From: Caldisphaera sp.
GTDB lineage: Archaea; Thermoproteota; Thermoprotei_A; Sulfolobales; Acidilobaceae
Direction: 5' to 3'
Length of the DNA stretch: 64,000 nucleotides
Assembly: GCA_049971805.1 (NCBI GenBank)
Contig: JBMFKU010000003.1
Span: forward strand, 21,288 to 85,287
Shown here: piece by piece, positions 39,444 through 49,590 of the stretch
Numbering within the stretch: the stretch's first letter is position 1
Layout of the letters: each line of letters opens with the position of its first letter
Position numbers and translations under genes: made by a program
The notes under the pieces: model-generated
Seen by the model: only the letters and a program-made list of their open reading frames with translations
Databases searched by the model: none
What the model was told of the DNA's origin: nothing

Positions 39444-41129
39444 GTGGGGGGATGCATTGCTGTGTCCATAGAAGAAAAAGTTCTTGAAAGACCTGGTTAC
39501 GATGTAACTATAAAATATGTATATAATAGGATGTACAATTTGTTTCCTGATGTTGAAATTGCATATAAAACAAACAAGGGAGTTTTTAGGTATTCATATA
39601 AAGATTTTTGCGATAGAGTTCAATACCTTGCAAATGCTATGAAATCGTTGGGAGTTAACGATTTAGACAGGATAGCAACATTAGACTGGAACACAAACTG
39701 GCATTTCGAATCTTATTTTGCAATACCAATGATGGGTTCTGTTCTTCACCCAGTTAATGTAAGGCTATCTCCAAACGAGATAATTTATGTATTTAATTCT
39801 GCAGAGGACAAGATATTAATAACACATAACGATTTTTTACAGCTTGCAGATCTTGTTGCAAGCAAGATAAAAACAATTAAGCATGTAGTTATTGTAGATT
39901 CAGATTCAATACCTCAAAAGGTTGGTGAGGCAAAGGCATATCATTATGAAGACTTAATAAAAGAAAATAAGGGTAAATATGACTTCCCTGACATCAGCGA
40001 AGACAGGCCTGCATTTATGGGGTTTACTAGCGGAACAACTGGTCTACCAAAGGGTGTGATTCACAGCCATAAGGCAATGGTATTGCATGCAATGTCATCC
40101 GCATTACATTTTGCATCGTTCGGGGAATTAAGGATGACATCAAAGGATGTAGTCATGCATGTTGTTCCTATGTATCATGTTTACAGCTGGGGCTTACCAT
40201 TTACTTCATCCTTGATAGGCCAGAAACAAGTTTATCCGGGAAGGTTTGTACCAAAGGTATATCTGGAATTGATTAAAAACGAGAAAGTTACGTACTTTGC
40301 TGGTGTACCAACAATATTGTACATGCTATTAACAGACCCAGAAAGCGAAAAATATGATTTAAATGATATATTGTTTATTAACGGAGGTTCATCAATTCCT
40401 GAGGGGTTAGCCTATATAGCAATGAAGAGGGGAATAAAGGTTGTAGTAGGTTATGGGTTAACAGAAACAGCGCCTGTATTAACTCTTGCAGTTCCTCCAA
40501 GCAGATTTTATAATAAGTTAAATTATCAAGATTTATTTAAAATTCAATTAAGGACTGGATACCCAATTCCTTTGGTTGATTTACAAGTTGTGGATTCAAG
40601 CATGAAACCAGTTCCTAAGGATGGAAAAACCATTGGAGAGATAGTTGTAAGATCACCATGGGTTGCAACTGAGTATTTCAAGGACCCTGAAAAAACAGAG
40701 AGGGCTTGGGCAGGAAATTGGTTCCATACTGGAGATCTAGCAGTATGGTATGAAGATGGTTCTATTCTAATTATGGATAGAGACAAAGATGTAATAAAGA
40801 GCGGAGGTGAATGGATATCTTCATTAAGGCTTGAAGATGCAATAAGTCAACATCCAGGGGTTTCGTTGGTTGCAGTTATAGCCGCAAAGCATGAAAAATG
40901 GGTAGAAAGGCCAGTTGCATTAATAGTTCCAAAGAAGGGTTGGGAGAATAAGATTAACACAGAAGAAATAAACAATTTTTTAATGGAAAATTTTGTTAAT
41001 AAAGGTGTCATATCTAAGTGGTGGTTGCCTGATAAAGTAGTGGTTGTTAATGAAATACCGTTATCTTCAACTGGTAAGGCTAACAAAAGGATATTAAGAG
41101 AGCAATATGGAACAGTATTGGAAAAGTGA
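39444..41129 (+). CDS. Medium/long-chain fatty acid--CoA ligase (AlkK/DmdB-like)
   Basis: FTSGTTGLPKG, GYGLTE, DRDKDVIKSGGEWISS and KWVERP motifs. Confidence 0.92.
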   Translation: MGGCIAVSIEEKVLERPGYDVTIKYVYNRMYNLFPDVEIAYKTNKGVFRYSYKDFCDRVQYLANAMKSLGVNDLDRIATLDWNTNWHFESYFAIPMMGSVLHPVNVRLSPNEIIYVFNSAEDKILITHNDFLQLADLVASKIKTIKHVVIVDSDSIPQKVGEAKAYHYEDLIKENKGKYDFPDISEDRPAFMGFTSGTTGLPKGVIHSHKAMVLHAMSSALHFASFGELRMTSKDVVMHVVPMYHVYSWGLPFTSSLIGQKQVYPGRFVPKVYLELIKNEKVTYFAGVPTILYMLLTDPESEKYDLNDILFINGGSSIPEGLAYIAMKRGIKVVVGYGLTETAPVLTLAVPPSRFYNKLNYQDLFKIQLRTGYPIPLVDLQVVDSSMKPVPKDGKTIGEIVVRSPWVATEYFKDPEKTERAWAGNWFHTGDLAVWYEDGSILIMDRDKDVIKSGGEWISSLRLEDAISQHPGVSLVAVIAAKHEKWVERPVALIVPKKGWENKINTEEINNFLMENFVNKGVISKWWLPDKVVVVNEIPLSSTGKANKRILREQYGTVLEK

Positions 41130-41185
41130 AATTTACAAAATTGTAAACATATATACCTTTTTTTGCATAATAATAAGTATGTAAG

Positions 41186-42547
41186 GTGGAAAATTTGTCA
41201 GAAGCTGAATCTGCAACAATAGAATGGTATAAGTTAAGTGTCGAGTTACATAAATATTATTCTGGCAAGATGGAAACAATACCTAAGGTGCCAATTAGAA
41301 GATTAAAGGATTTTGCTATTTGGTATACACCAGGAGTTGCAGAAGCTTCTCGTTTAATATCTAAAAATACAGATTTAGCTTTTGATTTAACATCCCGGTG
41401 GAATACAATAGCAATTGTTAGCGATGGTACAAGGGTTTTAGGGTTGGGAAACATTGGTCCTGAAGGAGCTTATCCTGTTATGGAAGGAAAGGCATTAATT
41501 TTCAAGTATTTAGGTGGTGTTGATGCAATAGCATTAGTTCATAGGGCAAAGGATCCAAATAGATTTTTGCAACTATTGGAAGATATTGAACCAAGCTTTG
41601 GAGGTATCAATTTGGAAGATATAGAAAGTCCTAAGTGTTTTTATATATTAGATGAAGCAAGAAAAAAATTAAAGATACCTGTATGGCATGATGATCAACA
41701 AGGGACAGCAACTATAATTTTAGCTGCTTTAATAAATGCCTTAAAAACAGTTAATAAAAGCATTAAAGGAAGCAGAATACTTATAATGGGTGCCGGTGCA
41801 GCAAATACAGCTTTTTATAGGTTATTAAAAAATGTAAAGCCTGACCTAGAAAATATAGTTGTATTAGAGAAAAAAGGTATTTTGCATCCAGAAATGCCAG
41901 ATATTGATAAATTAATGATAAGCAATAGATATCAATATCAAATGGCTATAGAAACCAAAGGTGGTGGATTACAGCCAAATTCTCCCATAGAAAAGGCATT
42001 TGAAAATGCAGATGTGGTTATTGCAGCAAGTTCTCCCGGACCCGGTACGATAAAAAAGGAATGGATTTCCAAGATGAATAAAGATGCAATAGTGTTTGCT
42101 TTAGCTAATCCAATACCAGAGATTTGGCCTTGGGAAGCTAAAGAGGCTAATGCCAAAATAGTTGCAACAGGAAGGAGTGATTTTCCAAATCAAGTTAACA
42201 ATAGTTTAGTATTTCCTGCAATATTTAGAGGTGTTTTAGATGTTAGAGCAAAGACAATAACTGATGAAATGGCAATAGCAGCAGCATATGAAATTGCAAA
42301 ATTTGCTGAGGAAAAAGGATTGAATGAGAACTACATCGTTCCAACAATGGAAGAGTGGGAGATATATCCGAGAGTTGCTGCAGCAGTTGCTATAAAAGCA
42401 ATAGAGCAAGGACATGCAAGAAAGGCAATTACTTATAAAGAAGAACTAGATAGAGCAAGAAAAATTATTAGCCAAACTAGGGAGAAAATAAGCTTATTAT
42501 GGGATAGAGGGTATATACCTCAACCAATAAAAGATTACAAGGTATAA
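41186..42547 (+). CDS. NAD(P)-dependent malic enzyme
   Basis: YTPGVA, VMEGKA, NLEDI, HDDQQGTA, GAGAA and TGRSDFPNQVNN motifs. Confidence 0.95.
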   Translation: MENLSEAESATIEWYKLSVELHKYYSGKMETIPKVPIRRLKDFAIWYTPGVAEASRLISKNTDLAFDLTSRWNTIAIVSDGTRVLGLGNIGPEGAYPVMEGKALIFKYLGGVDAIALVHRAKDPNRFLQLLEDIEPSFGGINLEDIESPKCFYILDEARKKLKIPVWHDDQQGTATIILAALINALKTVNKSIKGSRILIMGAGAANTAFYRLLKNVKPDLENIVVLEKKGILHPEMPDIDKLMISNRYQYQMAIETKGGGLQPNSPIEKAFENADVVIAASSPGPGTIKKEWISKMNKDAIVFALANPIPEIWPWEAKEANAKIVATGRSDFPNQVNNSLVFPAIFRGVLDVRAKTITDEMAIAAAYEIAKFAEEKGLNENYIVPTMEEWEIYPRVAAAVAIKAIEQGHARKAITYKEELDRARKIISQTREKISLLWDRGYIPQPIKDYKV

Positions 42548-42558
42548 GGTGTTTATGT

Positions 42559-43035
42559 ATGTACGATGAAGGTGTTGTAATAAGGAAGCCTAATAAAAAT
42601 GATATTAGTGCTTTGGCAGAATTGATATATAGGTTTTATGCATTTAATGAGGAATTTGATTCATCATGGGCTATAAAACCAAATGCAAAAGATATTGCTA
42701 TGAGTTTAGCAGAAAAATATATTGAGAATCAAAGGTATAATATGTTTATAGCAGTTTATGAAAATTCTATCGTTGGATACATAAGATCAGAAATAGAGGA
42801 GAATTCAATGTTAATCAATAACCAAGTTGAAATTATAAAAGAATTGTATGTAAAGCCTCAAATTAGAAGGGCTGGAATAGCAAGTCTGTTGATACAAAAA
42901 TTAAATGAGGAAATATTAAAAAAAGGAATTAAATATATTGCAGTTGAATTTCCAGTTCAAAATTGGATTGCCTCAGATTTGTATAAAAAACTTGGTTTTA
43001 GGCCCTATTCTGCAATATATATAAAAGAGGTGTAA
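42559..43035 (+). CDS. GNAT family N-acetyltransferase
   Basis: ELYVKPQIRRAGIA and LYKKLGF motifs. Confidence 0.88.
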   Translation: MYDEGVVIRKPNKNDISALAELIYRFYAFNEEFDSSWAIKPNAKDIAMSLAEKYIENQRYNMFIAVYENSIVGYIRSEIEENSMLINNQVEIIKELYVKPQIRRAGIASLLIQKLNEEILKKGIKYIAVEFPVQNWIASDLYKKLGFRPYSAIYIKEV

Positions 43036-43037
43036 AT

Positions 43038-43523
43038 ATGTCTATAGAAAAAATTAGTATAAGAGAAGCAAGTGAAAGCGATATACAACAATTGGTTGAA
43101 CTTATTGTTAGGCTTAAAAGTGTAAATGAAGAGCTAGATCCCAATTTTAGGGTTGCCGAAGATATTTATAATATAGTTGAGAAATATGTTAAGGATTCTT
43201 TAAATGAAGATAAGGTTGTAATGCTTGTTGCCGAAGACGAATCAGATAAAACTGTTGCTGGAATAATAAGATTTGAATTAATAGATAGGCTATTTTATGT
43301 GCCAAGAATAAAAGCGGAAATAACTGACTTCTATATAAAGCCTTTATATAGAAGAAAAAGATTGGGCGTTACACTACTGCAAAAGGCAATTGAAGTTGCT
43401 AGGAGTAAAGGAGCTAGAATTATAACAGCAAAATATCCAGCAGGTAATGATATTGCAGATAGCTTTTATGAAAAGCAAGGATTTACTAATTTAAATAAAG
43501 AAAAGTATAAGACTTGTATATAG
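43038..43523 (+). CDS. GNAT family N-acetyltransferase
   Basis: DFYIKPLYRRKRLG and N..A..FYEKQGF motifs. Confidence 0.88.
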   Translation: MSIEKISIREASESDIQQLVELIVRLKSVNEELDPNFRVAEDIYNIVEKYVKDSLNEDKVVMLVAEDESDKTVAGIIRFELIDRLFYVPRIKAEITDFYIKPLYRRKRLGVTLLQKAIEVARSKGARIITAKYPAGNDIADSFYEKQGFTNLNKEKYKTCI

Positions 43524-43579
43524 AGGTATATTGTTAAAATATAATAATTCTTTTTTTGGTTACTACCTAGGGAGATAAA

Positions 43580-45040
43580 TTGAATATTAATGAGGGTTAT
43601 TTAGTTAAAGAGCTTTTAACAAATTTAAGCTCAAATAAAGTTTTGTTAGATAAAGAAATAATTAAGCTATACACTATGGAATCATCAGGCCTTTCTGGAG
43701 ATGCTATAGCTGTTGTTTTTCCCGAAGACTCTGATGATGTTTCCAAAGTAATTAGTATAGCTTATAAATACGGATTTCCTGTCTATGGTCAAGGAAGTAG
43801 TAGCAGCTTATCGGGCAACGCAGTCCCTCTAAAAAAAGGGATTGTTGTCAGTTTTGAAAGAATGAACAGGCTAAAAGAAGTAAGTATTTTAGATAGTATA
43901 GCTATAGTAGAGCCTGGTATTAGAATTGAAGAACTAAATAATATTTTAGAAGAAAAGGGGTATATGTTCCCAATAGATCCTTCTAGTCAATCTGTTGCAA
44001 CCATTGGTGGTGCAATAAATAATGGTGCTGGAGGATTAAGGGGAGCAAAATATGGTACAATGAAGGATTGGGTTAATGGTTTAGAAATAGTATTACCCGA
44101 TGAAAATGGGACAAAGCTCAGAATAGGATGCTTAACTTTAAAATGCAGGCAGGGGTATGATTTAGTTAGATTGATAATAGGAAGCGAAGGTACTCTTGCT
44201 TTAGTTACAGAGGCCATATTAAGGATAACTCCTATACCAGAAAAAGTTGTAACAGCTCTAGCACTATTTAATGATATTAATGATTTACTTAATTCTTTTA
44301 TTCAAATAAAATCATCAGGGGTACAGCCCTTTATAGCAGAATTTATGGATGATAAAACTGTTGAGATAGCATCTAAAGGAGTTGATTTAGATTTTGTTCC
44401 CAAAGGACATATGTTTTTGGTTAGTATAGATACAACAAACGAATCCACAAATAGATTTGGAAATTGGTTATTAGATTTATTTAAGAAAAACAATGCAACA
44501 GATATACATATTGCTTTAACACAGGAGGAAGCTGATGAAAAAGGATTATTTAAAATTAGGAGAAACTTGTTTGCGTCACAAGTTCAAATGGGTAGAGATA
44601 TTTTGGGCAAAAACAAGTCAAAGGTATTTATAGAAGATATAGTAGTTCCTCCATCAAAGATTCCATTAGCTGTATCAAAGTTTAGAGAAATTAGCAACAA
44701 ATATGGATTATTGATGAGTTTAGGAGGACACATTGGAGATGGAAATTTGCATCCAAGCGTTAACTATGACCCTAACGATGAGGAAATGAAGAAAAAAGTT
44801 TATAATTGGTTTAAAGAAATAATGAAGGCATCACTAGATTTAAATGGAAGCATAAGTGCAGAGCATGGAATAGGTGTTTTAAAGAAGGAAGGATTAAAAA
44901 TGGAGTTAATGCATAAGTCGTCAGATAAAAACATAGAATTAATGAAGTCTATAAAATCTATATTTGATCCCAAAGCAATATTAAATCCAAATAAGATCTT
45001 TGATATAACTAATAATAATGATGATGCTATTAATATTTGA
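43580..45040 (+). CDS. FAD-linked 2-hydroxyacid oxidoreductase (GlcD / D-lactate dehydrogenase-like)
   Basis: PIDPSS..ATIGG, GSEGTL, GHIGDGNLHP, SAEHGIG and FDPKAILNP motifs. Confidence 0.9.
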   Translation: MNINEGYLVKELLTNLSSNKVLLDKEIIKLYTMESSGLSGDAIAVVFPEDSDDVSKVISIAYKYGFPVYGQGSSSSLSGNAVPLKKGIVVSFERMNRLKEVSILDSIAIVEPGIRIEELNNILEEKGYMFPIDPSSQSVATIGGAINNGAGGLRGAKYGTMKDWVNGLEIVLPDENGTKLRIGCLTLKCRQGYDLVRLIIGSEGTLALVTEAILRITPIPEKVVTALALFNDINDLLNSFIQIKSSGVQPFIAEFMDDKTVEIASKGVDLDFVPKGHMFLVSIDTTNESTNRFGNWLLDLFKKNNATDIHIALTQEEADEKGLFKIRRNLFASQVQMGRDILGKNKSKVFIEDIVVPPSKIPLAVSKFREISNKYGLLMSLGGHIGDGNLHPSVNYDPNDEEMKKKVYNWFKEIMKASLDLNGSISAEHGIGVLKKEGLKMELMHKSSDKNIELMKSIKSIFDPKAILNPNKIFDITNNNDDAINI

Positions 45041-45374
45041 GGTAGTAACGTTGAGCTATATTAAAATATTAGAAGATGTGGAAAAGTGTGCTTATTGTGG
45101 ATTCTGCGAAGTCGTGTGTCCAACGTTACCATTAGGTCCTCATAGAGGTTACGGTCCAAGAGGAAGAGTAAATATAATAAAAGAGGCATTGTCCAATAAA
45201 ATATTAACTGATGAGATGCTATCTAGCATTTATTCCTGTCTTATGTGCAATTCATGTTATATTGTATGTCCAGCAAGAATAAATGTTGGTTTAGATGTAA
45301 GGGAAACTAAGTCCTTAATAAATAATAATTTCTTTAATTTAAATAAAAATACTATAGTTATTTCTGAAAGGTGA
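45018..45374 (+). CDS. 4Fe-4S dicluster protein (GlcF N-terminal-like; start probably TTG at 45051)
   Basis: CAYCGFCEVVCP, GPRGR and CLMCNSCYIVCP. Confidence 0.85.
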   Translation: MMMLLIFEVVTLSYIKILEDVEKCAYCGFCEVVCPTLPLGPHRGYGPRGRVNIIKEALSNKILTDEMLSSIYSCLMCNSCYIVCPARINVGLDVRETKSLINNNFFNLNKNTIVISER

Positions 45375-45380
45375 ATAATA

Positions 45381-46325
45381 TTGGATATTAGGAATATAAT
45401 GAATTTGCTAGGCAAAATTACTGTAAAAACAGGTTTACCAGTGCCTGTAAATAAAGAAATCATATATAAATGGGCTTTTGATTTAAATTTACCAAGAAAT
45501 GGTGAAATATATTTATATACAGGAGGTCTATACCAATTAATACCATATATAAATTCGACTGTGGAATATCTAAGTATATTTGCAACCATGAAAAACAGCG
45601 AAGTTTTTATGAAAATTCTTAATCGATTGATTGATATAAATCCTAATATAATTTCTTCGCTTATACAAGCTGATAAAAAACAAATAAAGGAATCTTATGA
45701 AATTTTAAAAAACATCACTGAATTGATATTGAAAGTTCAGACTAATGTTTCATATCTATATGAAGATGATATATATAGTGGGGTACTTCTTTATGATATG
45801 GGACTGGATGATTATTTTTCAAGGCAAGCAAGTACAGTTTATAAAAATTTTTTAAAAAGAGGAGTTAAAAAAGTAATCGTTATAGATCCTCATACAACAT
45901 ATATATTAAAAGAAGGTTACCCAAGATTTATAGATAATTTTAATTTAGAGGTCATAAATTATATTGAATTACTTTCTTCAAACAAAATAGAACTTAAAAA
46001 AAGTAATATAAAAGTAACAATACATGACCCATGCTATTATTCAAGATATAATAATATAGTCGAGCAACCTAGGATGTTATTAAGATTAAAGGGAATAGAA
46101 ATTAATGAAGTAAAAAGATCTAAGAGAAACACGTTTTGTTGCGGAGGCCCGTTAGAGGCTTTTTCACCCAAGTTTTCTCATGATATAGCTAAGGTTAGAA
46201 TTGAAGAATTATCAAAAAAATCAAATATTATAGTAACTATGTGTCCAATATGCAAAGCTAATTTAAGTCGTGTTAATAATGGCCTGGAAATTAAAGATTT
46301 ATCACAGATACTTTTAGACAGCTGA
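45381..46325 (+). CDS. CCG-domain Fe-S protein (GlcF/HdrD C-terminal-like)
   Basis: HDPCYY.R, FCCGG and TMCPIC motifs; has its own SD GGTGA followed by TTG. Confidence 0.85.
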   Translation: MDIRNIMNLLGKITVKTGLPVPVNKEIIYKWAFDLNLPRNGEIYLYTGGLYQLIPYINSTVEYLSIFATMKNSEVFMKILNRLIDINPNIISSLIQADKKQIKESYEILKNITELILKVQTNVSYLYEDDIYSGVLLYDMGLDDYFSRQASTVYKNFLKRGVKKVIVIDPHTTYILKEGYPRFIDNFNLEVINYIELLSSNKIELKKSNIKVTIHDPCYYSRYNNIVEQPRMLLRLKGIEINEVKRSKRNTFCCGGPLEAFSPKFSHDIAKVRIEELSKKSNIIVTMCPICKANLSRVNNGLEIKDLSQILLDS

Positions 46326-46530
46326 AGCTATTTAATATAAGCTCAAAGGCCTATAAGTTTAGCCAGAAGTAATTGTTAATTATCCAGTAATATAAACATA
46401 TAGTTTATCTGAAGTTTATAGTAAAGTTCCTTTTTACATTTATTATATTTCCTCTAAAATTTTTATAGAAAATTAAAATGATATATAGAGATTTCTGTAA
46501 TTCGATTAAATTATATTGATTTAAAATTGT

Positions 46531-46842
46531 CTATTCTTCAGGAGGATTATCATCAACCTTATCTAAATCAGACAAATCTATCTCTATTGTTTCACCTGGT
46601 TCATTATTTAGTTGTTGCTCTTGAGGAACCTCTTCTCCACTTTTCATCTTTTTTAATACGGCTTTCCAATTATAACCGCAGTTCTGGCACGTAAAAGAAC
46701 CCATGATTGTTATTGTAACTCTTCCATACTTATCTGGAATTGGAGAAACAATTGTCCAAGTTCTTTCAGGTTCTTTTGCCTTTGTCCCGCATCTAGGGCA
46801 CGTAAATGGATCTTCACTTTTTTTTCTTGGCAAGTTTTTCAC
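46531..46842 (-). CDS. Small zinc-ribbon protein with a Cren7-like core and acidic tail
   Basis: CPRCG...P.RTW..SP......I.G.F.CQNCG; D/E-rich C-terminus. Confidence 0.6.
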   Translation of the reverse strand: MKNLPRKKSEDPFTCPRCGTKAKEPERTWTIVSPIPDKYGRVTITIMGSFTCQNCGYNWKAVLKKMKSGEEVPQEQQLNNEPGETIEIDLSDLDKVDDNPPEE

Positions 46843-46988
46843 CGCTTATATTTAAATAATCGATAGAATTTAAAAGGTATTTTGTATTTTAATTTCAATA
46901 TAATTTATTATTTATAAATTATAATATAATTAAATTTTCGCATAATAAGCTTATTTTTTGTAAACCATACTTAACAATAGGGGGAAAA

Positions 46989-48281
46989 ATGGAAGAGGCT
47001 TTTAAAATTATTAATGTACGGGGTGTATTTGCCTTAGATTCTAGAGGTAATCCAACTGTTAAAGCTATTGTTAAAACTAATAACGGGATTGGAGTAGGAA
47101 TTGCTCCTAGTGGAGCGAGCAAGAGCTCGAAAGAAGCGATAGAATTAAGGGATGGAGGAAAAAAGTGGAATGGTATGGGAACAAATTTGGCTATATCAAA
47201 ATTAAATAATGAAGTTGCGCCAAAAATAATAAATTTAGATTCAAGAGAGCAGTCGAAAATTGATATGCTTTTAAATGCAATAGATGGTACTAAGAATAAA
47301 TCATATTTAGGCGGTAATACAACAACAGCTGTAAGTGTTGCAGTATCTAAAGCAGCGGCTAGTACAGCTAACTTAGAACTATTTGAGTACCTAGGAGGGC
47401 CAAATTCAAGGGTTTTACCAACACCAATACTAAATATTTTAAATGGAGGTGTTCATGCGGGTAACAATTTAGCTTTTCAAGAATTCATTTTAATACCTAC
47501 TGGTGCGAGTTCATTTTTAGAAGCAATGAGGATGGCTGTAGAAGTATATAGAAGTTTAAAATCATATTTAACTGACAAGTATGGTAAAACCTCAACTAAT
47601 GTTGGAGATGAAGGAGGTTATGCGCCTCCAATGAACAATTCGAGGGAAGCATTTGATGCGATAGTTTCATCAATAAAAAATTCAGGTTATGAGTTAGGTA
47701 GGGACTTTCATCTAGGCATGGATGCCGCAGCATCTGAGTTTTATAATAAAGAAGATAATACTTATAAAGTAGATGAAAAGACTTATACTGCATCTGAATT
47801 ATTAGATTACTATACAGAATTGGTTAATTATTATAGCATAATTTATTTGGAGGATCCGTTTGATGAAGATGATTTTTCTTCCTTTAGAGAAATAACTATG
47901 AAGCTAGGAAATAAAGTATTAGTAGTAGGTGATGATTTATATGCAACTAATGTTACATATCTATCGAAGGGGATAAAGTCTAAGGCGACAAATGGGGCCT
48001 TGGTTAAGGTTAATCAAGTAGGAACATTAACAGAGACATTAAATTATGTTAGATTGGCAAAAGAAGCAGGAATTAGACCTGTGGTAAGTCATAGAAGCGG
48101 AGATACAGAAGATTCTTTCATTGCAGATTTAGCTGTTGCTATTGGATCTGGAATAATCAAAACAGGTGCTCCAACAAGAAGTGAAAGACTTTCCAAATAT
48201 AACAGGCTTATAGAAATAGAAGATCTGTTGGGGCCTTCCGCTATGTTTCTTGGAAAAGAACCATTTATAACGCAAATATAG
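46989..48281 (+). CDS. eno: Enolase
   Basis: DSRGNPT, PSGAS, VGDEGG, GDDL and SHRSGDTED motifs. Confidence 0.97.
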   Translation: MEEAFKIINVRGVFALDSRGNPTVKAIVKTNNGIGVGIAPSGASKSSKEAIELRDGGKKWNGMGTNLAISKLNNEVAPKIINLDSREQSKIDMLLNAIDGTKNKSYLGGNTTTAVSVAVSKAAASTANLELFEYLGGPNSRVLPTPILNILNGGVHAGNNLAFQEFILIPTGASSFLEAMRMAVEVYRSLKSYLTDKYGKTSTNVGDEGGYAPPMNNSREAFDAIVSSIKNSGYELGRDFHLGMDAAASEFYNKEDNTYKVDEKTYTASELLDYYTELVNYYSIIYLEDPFDEDDFSSFREITMKLGNKVLVVGDDLYATNVTYLSKGIKSKATNGALVKVNQVGTLTETLNYVRLAKEAGIRPVVSHRSGDTEDSFIADLAVAIGSGIIKTGAPTRSERLSKYNRLIEIEDLLGPSAMFLGKEPFITQI

Positions 48282-48314
48282 ATAAATAATTTAATAATCT
48301 ACTTTAAATAAAAA

Positions 48315-49580
48315 TTGGTGGTAAATATGCTAGAAAAGTCAAAAATTAAGAGACCTGATTTGATAAAGGAAGGGGATAAAAAGATAGAGTTTGCTGAAAT
48401 GCATATGCCAGTCTTAATGAAGCTAAGAGAAAGTTACTCAAAAGATAGACCTCTCAATGGAATTAAAATATCTGCAGCATTGCATGTTACGAAAGAAACT
48501 GCAGTCCTAATTAAAACATTGGCAGCATGGGGAGCATTGATATTTTTATCACCAAGTAATCCGTTATCAACCCAAGACGACGTTGCAGCATCATTGGCTA
48601 AATTAGATAATGTTGTAGTAGAAGCATGGAGAGGTATGAGTAATGATGAATATTTTATGGCTATAAGAGACGCAGCAAAGAATGAACCCGATATAGTAAT
48701 TGATGATGGAGCAGATCTTCATATAACAATTCATGAAGAATTCCCAGAAATTGGTAAAAGACTATTTGGTGGAAATGAAGAAACTACTACTGGTATTATA
48801 AGGCTTAAAGCTTTAGAAAAAAATAAAAAACTTCTCTATCCAGTTATAGCTGTAAACAACGCATTAACCAAATATTTGTTTGATAATAGGTATGGAACAG
48901 GTCAGAGTTCTGTAGATGGAATTTTAAGAGCAACCAATATATTAATAGCTGGAAAAAAAGCGGTTGTTGCAGGTTATGGATGGGTAGGAAGAGGCATAGC
49001 AATGAGGCTCAAAGGTATGGGAGCTAGAGTTATTGTAACTGAAGTTGATCATGTTAGGGCATTAGAAGCTGTTATGGACGGATTTGATGTTATGCCAATG
49101 GAAGAAGCCTCTAAGGAAGGTGATATTTTTATTACAGCCACAGGTGATGTAAATGTTATAAGAGCTGAACATATGTTAAATATGAAAGATGGTGCGATAT
49201 TAGCAAATGCAGGCCACTTTAATGTAGAAGTTAATATTGATGACTTAGAAAAAATTAGTGATTCAAAAGAACAAATAAGAGATAATACAGTTAGATATAC
49301 TTTAAGAAATGGTAGGCGTTTATTCTTATTAGGAGAAGGTAGGCTAGTTAATTTAGTTGCTGCAGAAGGTCATCCTAGTGAGGTAATGGATTTGAGTTTT
49401 GCAAATCAGGCTCTATCCATTTTATATTTATTAAGAAATAAAGGAAAATTAGAAAAGAAAGTATATGATGTACCTTCAGATCAGGACCAATTAATAGCTA
49501 AACTAAAGCTGTCAACAATGAATATAAAGATAGACGAATTAAGACATGAGCAGAAAAAGTATTTAGAAAGCTATAAATGA
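48315..49580 (+). CDS. ahcY: Adenosylhomocysteinase
   Basis: [37 protein letters not shown] and EGHPSEVMD motifs. Confidence 0.97.
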   Translation: MVVNMLEKSKIKRPDLIKEGDKKIEFAEMHMPVLMKLRESYSKDRPLNGIKISAALHVTKETAVLIKTLAAWGALIFLSPSNPLSTQDDVAASLAKLDNVVVEAWRGMSNDEYFMAIRDAAKNEPDIVIDDGADLHITIHEEFPEIGKRLFGGNEETTTGIIRLKALEKNKKLLYPVIAVNNALTKYLFDNRYGTGQSSVDGILRATNILIAGKKAVVAGYGWVGRGIAMRLKGMGARVIVTEVDHVRALEAVMDGFDVMPMEEASKEGDIFITATGDVNVIRAEHMLNMKDGAILANAGHFNVEVNIDDLEKISDSKEQIRDNTVRYTLRNGRRLFLLGEGRLVNLVAAEGHPSEVMDLSFANQALSILYLLRNKGKLEKKVYDVPSDQDQLIAKLKLSTMNIKIDELRHEQKKYLESYK

Positions 49581-49590
49581 GGTAAATACT

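Noticed and set aside
45005-45030. AAT/GAT trinucleotide run at the junction of the FAD oxidase and Fe-S genes
   Set aside because: Only about three units each, which is expected by chance in AT-rich DNA
45018-46325. Split GlcF-like protein read as a nonsense-mutated pseudogene or selenocysteine readthrough
   Set aside because: The second ORF has its own GGTGA SD and TTG start, the TGA is not at a Cys-motif position, and both parts are complete domains
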